From Endomicrobiaceae bacterium (GTDB lineage: Bacteria; Elusimicrobiota; Endomicrobiia; Endomicrobiales; Endomicrobiaceae), in the NCBI GenBank assembly GCA_028711215.1, contig JAQTSO010000003.1, positions 270-64,269 on the forward strand: a stretch of DNA of 64,000 bases, written 5' to 3'. Shown here one piece after another: positions 18,793 to 28,345 of the stretch (its first letter is position 1; each line of letters starts with the position of its first letter). The position numbers and the translations under genes are program-made. Under the pieces are notes generated by a model. It saw only the letters and a list, made by a program, of their open reading frames with translations, was not told where the DNA came from and searched no databases.

Positions 18793-19671
18793 GTGATAGG
18801 CTCAAATGATATTGAAGAGGCAAAGTTATTTCATCAAGGCAAAGTAAGAGATGTTTTCTATTATGGTAAAGATTTTTTGATAGTTGCCACAGACAGACTT
18901 TCTGCATTTGATTATGTTTTGGGTTCGGTTATACCGGATAAAGGCAGAATTCTTCATAAATTATCAATGTTTTGGTTTGATTATGTTCAAAATATAGTCC
19001 CGAATCATATCATTACAGGTGATTTTAACAGTTTTCCTGAAGAATTAAAAAAATATGTTTTTTTAAGAGACAGGTCAATGATTGTAAAAAAAGCAAAAAG
19101 AATAGACATAGAATGTATTGTAAGAGGCTATCTTGCAGGTTCGGGCTGGAAGGAATATCAAAAATCTCAAACTGTATGTGGAATAAAATTGCCTGCCGGA
19201 CTAAAAGAATCATCAAAATTGCCGAACCCTATTTTTACGCCTTCAAGTAAAGAAGAAGGCGGGAAACATGATGAGAATATTTCATTTGAAGAAACTGCCG
19301 GAAGAATAGGTGATGACTTGGCAGCACAAATCAGTGAAATTTCAATTACACTTTATAAAAAAGTCAGTGAATTTTGTTTGACAAGAGGAATCATTCTTGC
19401 AGATACAAAACTTGAATTTGGTATTTATGAAGGCAAATTAATATTAATTGATGAAATTTTTACTCCGGACTCTTCAAGATTTTGGGAAAAAGAAAAATAT
19501 CAGGAAGGCATCAGCCAGGACAGTTTGGATAAACAATATGTCAGAGATTATCTTGAAAAGATTAAATGGGATAAACAACCGCCGGTTCCGTCATTACCGG
19601 AAGATGTGATTGAACAAACAAGAGCAAAATATATTGAAGCTTATGAAAAAATAACAGGTAGGAATTTTTAA
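18793..19671 (+). CDS. purC: SAICAR synthetase PurC
   Basis: Motifs GKVRDVF and TDRLSAFD. I prefer the GTG at 18793, preceded by GAGGAG at 7-nt spacing. The longest ORF starts at a TTG at 18739. Confidence 0.9.
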   Translation: MIGSNDIEEAKLFHQGKVRDVFYYGKDFLIVATDRLSAFDYVLGSVIPDKGRILHKLSMFWFDYVQNIVPNHIITGDFNSFPEELKKYVFLRDRSMIVKKAKRIDIECIVRGYLAGSGWKEYQKSQTVCGIKLPAGLKESSKLPNPIFTPSSKEEGGKHDENISFEETAGRIGDDLAAQISEISITLYKKVSEFCLTRGIILADTKLEFGIYEGKLILIDEIFTPDSSRFWEKEKYQEGISQDSLDKQYVRDYLEKIKWDKQPPVPSLPEDVIEQTRAKYIEAYEKITGRNF

Positions 19672-20135
19672 TGATATTTGAAATTGCGATTAAAATGAAA
19701 AAAGGATTTTCAAATCCGCACACAACGCACTTGGTCGGTGATATTGAAGGAATAGGAGTAAAAGGAATAAAGTCAGTCGAATATATGCCGGTTTACAGAC
19801 TAGACTCCGACATAACAGAAAAACAGTCCGAAAAAATAGCATCTGAATTATTAAGCGATAAAATAACAGAGGAATTTGGTATAAATAAGTACAATTCTTT
19901 AAATGATAAAAAAATAGAAAAAAATTCTATTGAAGTTTGGTTTAAATCAGGTGTTACCGATACAGTCTCGGAAAGTGTTGTCAAAGCAATAAAAGATTTA
20001 GGCATATTAAATACCGTAGCCGTAAAAACGGGACATAAATATTTGTTAAACGGCGAGATTGATGATAAAAAATTAACAAAAATTGCAACGGGACTGCTTG
20101 CAAATACTCTAATTCAGGAATATAAAATAAAATGA
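19671..20135 (+). CDS. purS: FGAM synthase subunit PurS, tandem-duplicated (two PurS repeats in one chain)
   Basis: 154 aa versus about 80 aa for canonical PurS. The C-terminal half ends LLANTLIQEYKIK (PurS hallmark). The N-terminal half shows the same pattern (ELLSDKITEEFGI). Stop overlaps the purL start (ATGA). Confidence 0.8.
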   Translation: MIFEIAIKMKKGFSNPHTTHLVGDIEGIGVKGIKSVEYMPVYRLDSDITEKQSEKIASELLSDKITEEFGINKYNSLNDKKIEKNSIEVWFKSGVTDTVSESVVKAIKDLGILNTVAVKTGHKYLLNGEIDDKKLTKIATGLLANTLIQEYKIK

Positions 20136-22534
20136 ATCCAAATGTAAACACTGTTGAAGTAATTAATCTAAGCGACAAACAATTAATAGAACTCAGTAAA
20201 AAAAATACGCTTTCTTTATCTCTTGTTGAAATGAAAGAAGTGCAAAAATATTTCAAGTCCGTTAAAAGAAATCCGACTGACGTCGAGCTTGAAACAATTG
20301 CCCAGACATGGAGCGAACATTGTAAGCATAAAACTTTAACGGGAAACATTGAATATGTTGAAGAAACTTCAAAGGGAAGGAAGGTAAAAAAGTATTCTAA
20401 TTTACTTAAAGAAACAATTTTCAGAGCAACGGTTGAATTAAATAAAAAATGGTGTATTTCGGTATTTAAAGATAATGCAGGCGTTATAGATTTTGATAAT
20501 AAAAACGGAGTTGCTTTTAAAGTTGAAACACATAACCATCCTTCTGCCCTTGAACCTTACGGCGGAGCAGCAACAGGAATCGGCGGTGTTATAAGAGATA
20601 TTTTAGGAGTCGGTCTTGGTGCAAAACCGTTGGCAAATACAGACGTTTTTTGTTTCGGACTGCCCGATACGAAATATTCTGAAGTGCCTGAAGGAATGCA
20701 TCATCCTAAAAGAATTGCAAAAGGCGTTGTTTCCGGAGTCAGAGATTACGGAAACAGAATGGGTATTCCTACCGTAAACGGCTCTGTGTTTTTTGATAAA
20801 GGGTATATGGCAAATCCGTTGGTTTATTGCGGAACAATGGGAATAATACCGAAGAGCAAAGTAGTTAAAGAAGTTAAACCGGGAGATTTGGTTTTAGTTG
20901 TCGGCGGAAGAACCGGAAGAGACGGAATACACGGAGCAACATTTTCGTCTGTTGAACTTGATAAAGAATCAGATGTAAGCGCTGTTCAAATAGGAAATCC
21001 GATAGTTGAAAAAAAAGTTTTAGATACGATGCTTAAAGCAAGAGATTTGAATCTGTACCGCGGAGTAACTGATTGCGGAGCGGGCGGACTTTCAAGCGCC
21101 GTAGGAGAACTCGGAGAAAAAACAGGTGTTGTTGTTGAACTCGAGAAAGTTCCTCTGAAATATAAAGGGCTTAAACCGTGGGAAATATGGATTTCCGAAG
21201 CACAGGAAAGAATGGTTTTTGCAGTACAGCCGAAGAATAAAAATAAAATTTTAGAATTATTTAAAAAAGAAAATGTTGAAGCTGTTTTTATAGGGAAATT
21301 CACAAATAATAAAAAACTTCTTCTGACTTATAACGGAGAGACAGTCGCAGATATGGGGATGGATTTTCTGCACGACGGTGTGCCAAAACCTACAAGACCT
21401 GCGGTCTGGAAAGAAAATAAAATTATAAAACAAAAACCGCTAAAAACTACTTCAAAATCTTTATTACAGGATATTAAAAAAGTTTTGGGTGATATAAATG
21501 TCTGTTCAAGAGAATGGATTATAAGACAGTATGACCATGAAGTTCAGGGACAGACCGTTGTTAAACCTTTACAGGGTAATTCCGTTCATAACTTCGGCCC
21601 TTCCGATGCATCGGTTATTTGGCCGTATGCGGTTGTTAAAAATACAAAGAAAGCAATTGTTTTATCAAACGGGCTGAATCCTGAATACGGTAAAATTGAT
21701 ACATATAAGATGACGACATCTGCAATAGAAGAAGCAGTAAGAAATGCAGTCTGTGTCGGGGCAGATCCTGAAAAATTATCTGTATTAGATAATTTTTGTT
21801 GGGGTAATCCGAATAAACCTGAAATTTTGGGTAGTTTAGTCAGAGCATCTCAGGCATGTTACGATATGTCAAAAGGTTTTGAAATACCGTTTATATCTGG
21901 CAAAGACAGTTTATATAACGAATACACAATAGAGGGCAAAACTTATTCCATCCCTCCTGCACTTTTAATTTCGGCTATGGGTGTTATTGAAGATGTAAAT
22001 AAAACTATAACAATGAACTTAAAATCAGCAGGTAGCAGTATATATTTGGTAGGTTTAACAAAAAATGAATTAGGCGGTTCAATATATTCAAAGATAAAAG
22101 GGTTTAAGGCAATAGTGCCTGACGTTGAAATAAAGACTTCTAAAAAATTAATGAAAGCCATGTATAATGCAATTTCAGGCGGGCTTGTTGAAGCCTGTCA
22201 TGATTGTTCTGAAGGCGGATTTATAACCTCAATTTCAGAAATGGCTTTTGCCGGTGAACTTGGCGTAAATATTAACGCTGATTTAATAAAAACAGATGAT
22301 ACAAAAATGACATTGGCTGAAAAATTATTTTCAGAATCAAATACAAGATTTGTTGTTGAAGTAAGTGATAGCATTAAAGAAAAATTTGAAAAAGCATTAA
22401 AAGGTTTTGAATTTGCAAAAGTAGGTTATGTCACAGATAAACAATATTTGGAGTTAGAATCAAAAAAATCAAAAATTGTTGTAAAAGAAAATATAAGAAA
22501 TTTACAAAAAGCCTGGCAGAAACAGTTGTTTTAA
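20132..22534 (+). CDS. purL: FGAM synthase II, PurL (small-type)
   Basis: 800 aa. WSEHCKHKT motif, duplicated AIR-synthase-like domains (ETHNHPSALEPYGGAATG; GKDSL). Confidence 0.95.
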   Translation: MNPNVNTVEVINLSDKQLIELSKKNTLSLSLVEMKEVQKYFKSVKRNPTDVELETIAQTWSEHCKHKTLTGNIEYVEETSKGRKVKKYSNLLKETIFRATVELNKKWCISVFKDNAGVIDFDNKNGVAFKVETHNHPSALEPYGGAATGIGGVIRDILGVGLGAKPLANTDVFCFGLPDTKYSEVPEGMHHPKRIAKGVVSGVRDYGNRMGIPTVNGSVFFDKGYMANPLVYCGTMGIIPKSKVVKEVKPGDLVLVVGGRTGRDGIHGATFSSVELDKESDVSAVQIGNPIVEKKVLDTMLKARDLNLYRGVTDCGAGGLSSAVGELGEKTGVVVELEKVPLKYKGLKPWEIWISEAQERMVFAVQPKNKNKILELFKKENVEAVFIGKFTNNKKLLLTYNGETVADMGMDFLHDGVPKPTRPAVWKENKIIKQKPLKTTSKSLLQDIKKVLGDINVCSREWIIRQYDHEVQGQTVVKPLQGNSVHNFGPSDASVIWPYAVVKNTKKAIVLSNGLNPEYGKIDTYKMTTSAIEEAVRNAVCVGADPEKLSVLDNFCWGNPNKPEILGSLVRASQACYDMSKGFEIPFISGKDSLYNEYTIEGKTYSIPPALLISAMGVIEDVNKTITMNLKSAGSSIYLVGLTKNELGGSIYSKIKGFKAIVPDVEIKTSKKLMKAMYNAISGGLVEACHDCSEGGFITSISEMAFAGELGVNINADLIKTDDTKMTLAEKLFSESNTRFVVEVSDSIKEKFEKALKGFEFAKVGYVTDKQYLELESKKSKIVVKENIRNLQKAWQKQLF

Positions 22535-22595
22535 TGATTTTAAGTTTTAAATATTTGCAAAATACAATAAACAAAAAGGCAACAAGGATTTTTAA

Positions 22596-23375
22596 ATGAA
22601 AAAAATAAAAGCGATAATTGTAAGAACAGCAGGAACAAATTGTGATTATGAATTACAATCTGCATTTGAAATGTGCGGGGCTGAAGCAGAAAGAGTACAT
22701 ATCAATGAATTAATAAGTAATAAAAATAAAATATTATCATATGATATTTTGGCAGTTCCGGGCGGATTCTCATACGGCGATGATATCGCTTCCGGTAAAA
22801 TTTTATCAAATGAATTAAAAAATAAATTAGGCGACAATATTAAAAAGTTTGCACTTTCGGGTAAACCTATAATCGGTATTTGTAACGGATTTCAGGTATT
22901 GGTAAAAATGGGATTACTTCCTAAACCGGAAAAGTTTGAACAGATATCAACATTGTCTTACAATGATTCAAATAAATTTGAATGCAGGTGGGTTTATTTA
23001 AAAACTCAGAAGAAAAACAATGATACAAAATGTATCTGGACAAAGAATTTACCTGATGTTATTTCGTTGCCGGTTGCTCATGGAGAAGGTAAATTTATAG
23101 CAGATGAAAAAGTTTTAAAACAGATAGAAGAAAATTCTCAGGTTGTTTTCAGATATTGTGATAGGAAAGGATTTAAAGCACAGTATCCGCAGGATCCTAA
23201 CGGGTCTATGAATGAAATAGCCGGAATTTGTAACGAAAAAGGTAATATTTTCGGACTTATGCCACATCCGGAAAGATATGTTTATGCTTTGCAACATCCT
23301 GCAAGAGAAGGGTTTGACGGTGTTTACGGATGGGGGAAGCAAATATTCCAGAATGCAATAGATTTTTTAAAATAA
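22596..23375 (+). CDS. purQ: FGAM synthase glutaminase subunit PurQ
   Basis: 259 aa. Triad-type amidotransferase with nucleophile GICNGFQ and MPHPER His/Glu segment. Confidence 0.93.
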   Translation: MKKIKAIIVRTAGTNCDYELQSAFEMCGAEAERVHINELISNKNKILSYDILAVPGGFSYGDDIASGKILSNELKNKLGDNIKKFALSGKPIIGICNGFQVLVKMGLLPKPEKFEQISTLSYNDSNKFECRWVYLKTQKKNNDTKCIWTKNLPDVISLPVAHGEGKFIADEKVLKQIEENSQVVFRYCDRKGFKAQYPQDPNGSMNEIAGICNEKGNIFGLMPHPERYVYALQHPAREGFDGVYGWGKQIFQNAIDFLK

Positions 23376-23392
23376 TTCAAAGGGTGGTAAAA

Positions 23393-23695
23393 ATGAAAAA
23401 CTGTATTAATTGTTTTTTTCAAGGTGACAATAATGTTGATGAAAACGGAGATGGTAGAGTTTTTTGTATGGTAAATTGTAAATGGAAAAAAGAACAGGAT
23501 ACATGTCTGCAATTTATCGAATATGCTGATTTAAGTAAAGATTTGAGAGCTCATTATGCAATGAAAGTAAAGGGCAATGACAGTCGTATGTCATACATTA
23601 TTAAGTCGAATTGGTATATAATGATAGCCACATTCATTATGGCATTTTTAACATTTCTGGTTGTTGTAAAGTTTTTTGATAAATATATTTTTTAA
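23393..23695 (+). CDS. hypothetical Cys-rich, C-terminally membrane-anchored small protein
   Basis: 100 aa from the ATG at 23393, which has an AGGGTGG Shine-Dalgarno-like box upstream. CINC...C-x3-C...C pattern and a single C-terminal TM (WYIMIATFIMAFLTFLVVV). The track ORF start (23330) would overlap purQ. Confidence 0.5.
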   Translation: MKNCINCFFQGDNNVDENGDGRVFCMVNCKWKKEQDTCLQFIEYADLSKDLRAHYAMKVKGNDSRMSYIIKSNWYIMIATFIMAFLTFLVVVKFFDKYIF

Positions 23696-23706
23696 TGAGG
23701 TTGTAG

Positions 23707-24987
23707 ATGAAAGTTTTAGTTATAGGTAACGGCGGAAGAGAACATGCTATTGTTTGGAAGTTGGCACAAAGCCCGAAAATTAATAAATTGTATTGTACAA
23801 TAGGCAATTCAGGTATAGAAAATTTAGCAGAAATAGTTAATATAAAAGCAGATGATTTGGTATCACTTGCTGATTTTGTTGTAAAAGAAAAGATTGACTA
23901 TGCTTTCGTCGGTCCTGAAATCCCTCTTGCTTTGGGTATAGTTGATTATTTTAATAAAAGAAATTTAAAAATATTTGGTCCCTCAAAAAAAGGCGCATTG
24001 CTTGAAGCAAGTAAAACATTTTCAAAAGATTTTATGAAAAAATATGCTATTCCTACGGCAGATTATTATAGTTTTAATGATTTTAAGTCAGCAAAAGATT
24101 TTTTAGATAATCAATGGGAAGACAATAAAAAAGTTGTTGTAAAGGCAGACGGACTTGCAGCCGGTAAAGGCGTTGTTATGTGCCAAAACAGAAAAGAGGC
24201 ACAACTTGCAATAGAACAAATGATGTTGTCAAAAGTATTCGGAGATTCCGGCAGTAAAATAGTATTTGAAGAATGGTTGGAAGGCGAAGAAGTTTCAGTG
24301 CTTCTTTTTACAGACGGCAAATCGTTTGAAATAATGCCACCGGCACAGGATCATAAAAGAATAGGGGAAAAAGATACAGGGTTAAATACAGGCGGGATGG
24401 GTGCTTACGCTCCTGCTCCTATTGCTACAGAAAAATTATTGAAAGAGATTAAAGAAAATATAACCCCGAAAATATTAGAAGGATTGCAAAAAGAAAAAAT
24501 AGAATATAAGGGTGTTTTATATGTAGGTTTTATGATTGTTAAAAATCAGCCTTATGTTTTAGAATTTAATTGCAGGTTTGGAGATCCGGAAACCCAAGTG
24601 ATACTTCCGCTTTTAAAAACAGATTTATTTGATATAATGGAACAAACCATAGATTGTAAACTCGGTGATTTAAAAGTAGAGTGGTTTAATAAGTCAGCGG
24701 TAACGGTTGTTATTGCTTCGGGCGGTTATCCTGAAAAACATATTAACGGATATCAAATATCAGGATTGGATTTGGTAAAACCTGAGGATGCAATAGTTTT
24801 TCATGCAGGAACTAAAACAGAAAATGGTAAAATAGTCACATCAGGCGGAAGAGTATTAGCCGTGTCCGCAATAGCAGATGATATAAAATCAACAGTCGAT
24901 AAAGTTTATAAGTCAGTTGAAAAAATTAAATTTGAAAAAAGTTATTATAGAAAAGATATTGCCTGGAGGGTATTGAAAAATGGATAA
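23707..24987 (+). CDS. purD: phosphoribosylamine--glycine ligase PurD
   Basis: 426 aa. MKVLVIGNGGREHAI start, ATP-grasp core and NCRFGDPE motif. Confidence 0.95.
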   Translation: MKVLVIGNGGREHAIVWKLAQSPKINKLYCTIGNSGIENLAEIVNIKADDLVSLADFVVKEKIDYAFVGPEIPLALGIVDYFNKRNLKIFGPSKKGALLEASKTFSKDFMKKYAIPTADYYSFNDFKSAKDFLDNQWEDNKKVVVKADGLAAGKGVVMCQNRKEAQLAIEQMMLSKVFGDSGSKIVFEEWLEGEEVSVLLFTDGKSFEIMPPAQDHKRIGEKDTGLNTGGMGAYAPAPIATEKLLKEIKENITPKILEGLQKEKIEYKGVLYVGFMIVKNQPYVLEFNCRFGDPETQVILPLLKTDLFDIMEQTIDCKLGDLKVEWFNKSAVTVVIASGGYPEKHINGYQISGLDLVKPEDAIVFHAGTKTENGKIVTSGGRVLAVSAIADDIKSTVDKVYKSVEKIKFEKSYYRKDIAWRVLKNG

Positions 24988-25513
24988 AATAATAGATGTA
25001 GCAGTTATTATGGGTTCAGATTCCGATCTTCCGACAATGGCAGAATGTTTGAAAATATTTGATAAATTCGGTATATCATATTCAGTTAATGTTGGTTCTG
25101 CTCACAGGACTCCTGAACATGTTAAAAAATGTGTTCAAAAATCAATTGCAACCGGAGCTAAAGTTTTCATAGCAGTGGCCGGTATGTCGGCAGCACTTCC
25201 CGGAGTTGTTGCTTCAGAAACAACATTTCCTGTCATAGGTGTTCCTATGGACGGTAAATATTTAGCAAGTATGGATGCTTTGTTTTCTGTATCTCAAATG
25301 CCGCCGTTTATGCCGGTAGCTTGTGTTTCAATAGGAAAAGCGGGAGCAATAAATTCAGCAATACTTGCAATACAAATACTTGCAATAAATGATGCAAAAC
25401 TTGCAGATAAGTTTAAAGTATACAGACAGGACATGGCAAAATCAATAGTTGCAAAAGATGAAAAGTTAAATAAAACAGGATATGTAAAATATATAGAAGA
25501 GATGAAAAAATAA
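24980..25513 (+). CDS. purE: PurE (N5-CAIR mutase / AIR carboxylase family)
   Basis: 177 aa. MGSDSD and GSAHRTPE motifs and AGMSAALPGV loop. No purK in the window, so the class cannot be settled here. Confidence 0.9.
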   Translation: MDKIIDVAVIMGSDSDLPTMAECLKIFDKFGISYSVNVGSAHRTPEHVKKCVQKSIATGAKVFIAVAGMSAALPGVVASETTFPVIGVPMDGKYLASMDALFSVSQMPPFMPVACVSIGKAGAINSAILAIQILAINDAKLADKFKVYRQDMAKSIVAKDEKLNKTGYVKYIEEMKK

Positions 25514-25514
25514 A

Positions 25515-26051
25515 ATGGTACAAAAAAATATTTTAACACAAGAAGATATAAAAAAGATAATAACAAAATTGGCAAAAGCAGTGCTCAAAAAAAATGCTGA
25601 TTTATCCGAGATTGCCGTTGTCGGCATTCAGACAGGCGGAGTTCATCTGGCAAAAAGACTGTTAAATGAAATAGTAAAAATAAAAAAAATCAAACAGGAA
25701 ATTCCGTTTGGAGTTTTGGATATAACTCTTTACAGGGATGATCTTGGAGACAATGCTGATATCCCGACCATAAAAGATACAAATTTGCCGTTCGATATAA
25801 ACGGTAAAAATATAATTTTAGTTGATGATGTTTTATTCACGGGAAGAACAATCAGGTCAGCATTGGATGTATTAAAAGATTACGGCAGACCAAAATCAAT
25901 TCAGTTGGTTGTTTTAATAGACAGAGGTTATAGGGAACTTCCGATACAGGCAGATTTTGTCGGTTTATCTTATCATACAAAAGATGAAATTTGTGTTGAG
26001 TTTATTGAAATTGAAGGTAAAGATATGGTATACTTAAACAGTTCAAATTAG
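25515..26051 (+). CDS. pyrR: PyrR bifunctional regulator / uracil phosphoribosyltransferase
   Basis: 178 aa. PRPP-binding loop ILVDDVLFTGRTIRSA and PyrR-like length and N-terminus. Starts 1 nt after the purE stop. Confidence 0.88.
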   Translation: MVQKNILTQEDIKKIITKLAKAVLKKNADLSEIAVVGIQTGGVHLAKRLLNEIVKIKKIKQEIPFGVLDITLYRDDLGDNADIPTIKDTNLPFDINGKNIILVDDVLFTGRTIRSALDVLKDYGRPKSIQLVVLIDRGYRELPIQADFVGLSYHTKDEICVEFIEIEGKDMVYLNSSN

Positions 26052-26061
26052 AGGGAGAGAT

Positions 26062-27015
26062 ATGTCTTTTAACAGAAAGGATCTGTTGGGATTGGAGTAC
26101 CTGGAAAAACAAGAAATTCAAACAATTATTGAAACAGCAAAGCCGTTCAAAAGTTTATTCACCCGTTCAATCAAAAAAGCACCCGCACTCGTCGGAAAAA
26201 CAGTCGTAAATCTATTTTATGAACCATCTACAAGAACAAGAACTTCATTTGAATTTGCCGCAAAAAGACTTTCGGCAGATGTCGTCAGTATTGCGACAGC
26301 TACTTCAAGTGTAGTAAAAGGTGAAAGCTTAATAGATACGGGTAAAACTTTTGAGGCAATGAAGGCTGATATTATAATCATCAGGCACTCACTTGCCGGA
26401 GCTCCGGAGATTTTAGCAAAGAATCTAAATGCCTCAATTATAAATGCAGGTGACGGTTTTCATGAGCATCCCACACAGGGTTTGTTAGATCTTTTTACCA
26501 TTCTTGACAAAAAGAAAAAGGTTGAAGGTCTTAAAATTTTGTTAGTTGGAGATATACTTCACAGCAGAGTTGCAAAATCAAATATATGGGCACTCACAAA
26601 AATGGGTGCAAAAGTTAGAGTTGCAGGTCCGCCGACACTTATTCCCAAACACATTACAGATTTAGGTGTTGAAGTTTTTTATGATTTAGATAAAGCAATA
26701 AAAAATGTTGATGTTGTGAACATTTTAAGAATACAAATGGAAAGGCAACAAGAAAATTTATTTCCTTCAGTTCATGAGTATGTTGAGTTATATCAAGTTA
26801 CGGAAGATCGATTGGCAACTGCAAAACCGGATGTTTTGGTTATGCATCCCGGTCCGATGAACAGGGGCATAGAAATATCTTCACAGGTTGCAGACAGTTC
26901 TAATGCTGTTATAAACGAACAAGTCACAAACGGGATAGCCGTTAGAATGGCAGTATTGTATTTGCTGGTCGCAGCCAGAAATAAACAGGGGAAGAAAAAT
27001 GGCAATATTAATTAA
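26062..27015 (+). CDS. pyrB: aspartate carbamoyltransferase catalytic subunit PyrB
   Basis: 317 aa. Motifs STRTRTSFE, HEHPTQ and HPGP. Confidence 0.95.
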   Translation: MSFNRKDLLGLEYLEKQEIQTIIETAKPFKSLFTRSIKKAPALVGKTVVNLFYEPSTRTRTSFEFAAKRLSADVVSIATATSSVVKGESLIDTGKTFEAMKADIIIIRHSLAGAPEILAKNLNASIINAGDGFHEHPTQGLLDLFTILDKKKKVEGLKILLVGDILHSRVAKSNIWALTKMGAKVRVAGPPTLIPKHITDLGVEVFYDLDKAIKNVDVVNILRIQMERQQENLFPSVHEYVELYQVTEDRLATAKPDVLVMHPGPMNRGIEISSQVADSSNAVINEQVTNGIAVRMAVLYLLVAARNKQGKKNGNIN

Positions 27016-28285
27016 AAATATAAGAGTTATTGATCCGTCAACGAAAACAAATAAAGTAAAAGATGTTTTTGTCGAGGGGAATAAAATAGTTTCTAAGTTA
27101 TCTAAAAAACCGGATCTAGTTATTGACGGAAAAAACAAAATAGCAGTTCCGGGTTTAATAGATGTTCATTCCCACTTAAGAGAACCGGGACAGGAAGAAA
27201 AAGAAACAATCAAAACGGGAACCCGTTCTGCATGTAAAGGCGGAATAACTACGGTTTTTTGTATGCCTAATACAAAGCCTGTTACTGATAATGCACCGTC
27301 CGTGGAATACATTTTATTAAAAGCTCAGAAAGAAGGAAAGGTAAATGTCCTGCCTATAGGTTGTATAACAAAAGGTTCGCAAGGAGTTGAACTTGCAGAA
27401 ATAGGGATTCTTAAAAAAGCCGGTATCGTTGCGGTTTCTGACGATGGGAGTCCTGTTACTAATTCTCAAATTATGAGAAGAGCGTTGGAATATACAAAAA
27501 TGTTTAATTTACCGGTTATATCTCATTGTGAAGATAAAGAATTAAGCAAAAATGGTGTGATGAATGAAGGTAAAAACTCTATGCAGTTAGGTTTAAGAGG
27601 TATTCCGACTCAAAGTGAAGAAGTTATGGTTGCAAGAGACATAATGTTAGCTGAATTAGCAGATGGTTATTTGCATATAGCTCATGTTTCAACAGAGGGT
27701 TCGGTTGAACTTGTCAGACAGGCAAAGAAGAAAGGGCTGAAAGTAACAGCAGAAACCTGTCCTCACTATTTTACGTTAACGGATGACAGTTTAAAAACAT
27801 TCAGCACAAATTATAAAATGAATCCTCCCCTTAGAACTTCAAAAGATATTCAAGCAATTAAAAAAGGATTAAAAGACGGCACAATAGATTGCATTTGTAC
27901 AGATCACGCTCCACATACAGATGAAGAAAAAAATAAAGAATTTGATTTGGCGCCTTTCGGGATTATCGGTTTTGAAACAATGGTCTCTCTTGTGCTCAAT
28001 GAACTTGTTGATAAAAAAGTTTTATCATTACCTGAGGCAATAGCAAAAATGACGGTCAATCCTGCCAAGATATTTTTACTCCAAGGCAGAGGAACTCTTA
28101 AAGTCGGCTCATTTGCAGATATTACAATAATTGATACAAAGTATTCTTATGAATATAAAAAAGAAGATATTCTTTCAAAGAGCAAGAACTCACCTTTTAT
28201 AGGCAGAAAATTTAAAGGCGGAGCTGTTATGACGATCGTCAATGGTAAGATTGTGTGGTCATTGAAAGACGGAATAATCGAGTAA
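26999..28285 (+). CDS. pyrC: dihydroorotase PyrC
   Basis: 428 aa. Amidohydrolase metal ligands DVHSHLREPG and TDHAPH. Overlaps the pyrB end by 17 nt. Confidence 0.93.
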   Translation: MAILIKNIRVIDPSTKTNKVKDVFVEGNKIVSKLSKKPDLVIDGKNKIAVPGLIDVHSHLREPGQEEKETIKTGTRSACKGGITTVFCMPNTKPVTDNAPSVEYILLKAQKEGKVNVLPIGCITKGSQGVELAEIGILKKAGIVAVSDDGSPVTNSQIMRRALEYTKMFNLPVISHCEDKELSKNGVMNEGKNSMQLGLRGIPTQSEEVMVARDIMLAELADGYLHIAHVSTEGSVELVRQAKKKGLKVTAETCPHYFTLTDDSLKTFSTNYKMNPPLRTSKDIQAIKKGLKDGTIDCICTDHAPHTDEEKNKEFDLAPFGIIGFETMVSLVLNELVDKKVLSLPEAIAKMTVNPAKIFLLQGRGTLKVGSFADITIIDTKYSYEYKKEDILSKSKNSPFIGRKFKGGAVMTIVNGKIVWSLKDGIIE

Positions 28286-28345
28286 AAAAACTCACATCAG
28301 TTAAATTTTTAAGTATTTTCTTTTTAAAATAAAATATTAACATTG

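Noticed and set aside
23330-23392. Longer version of the small Cys-rich ORF, starting inside purQ.
   Set aside because: It would overlap the purQ 3' end by 46 nt in another frame. The ATG at 23393 has a proper ribosome-binding site.
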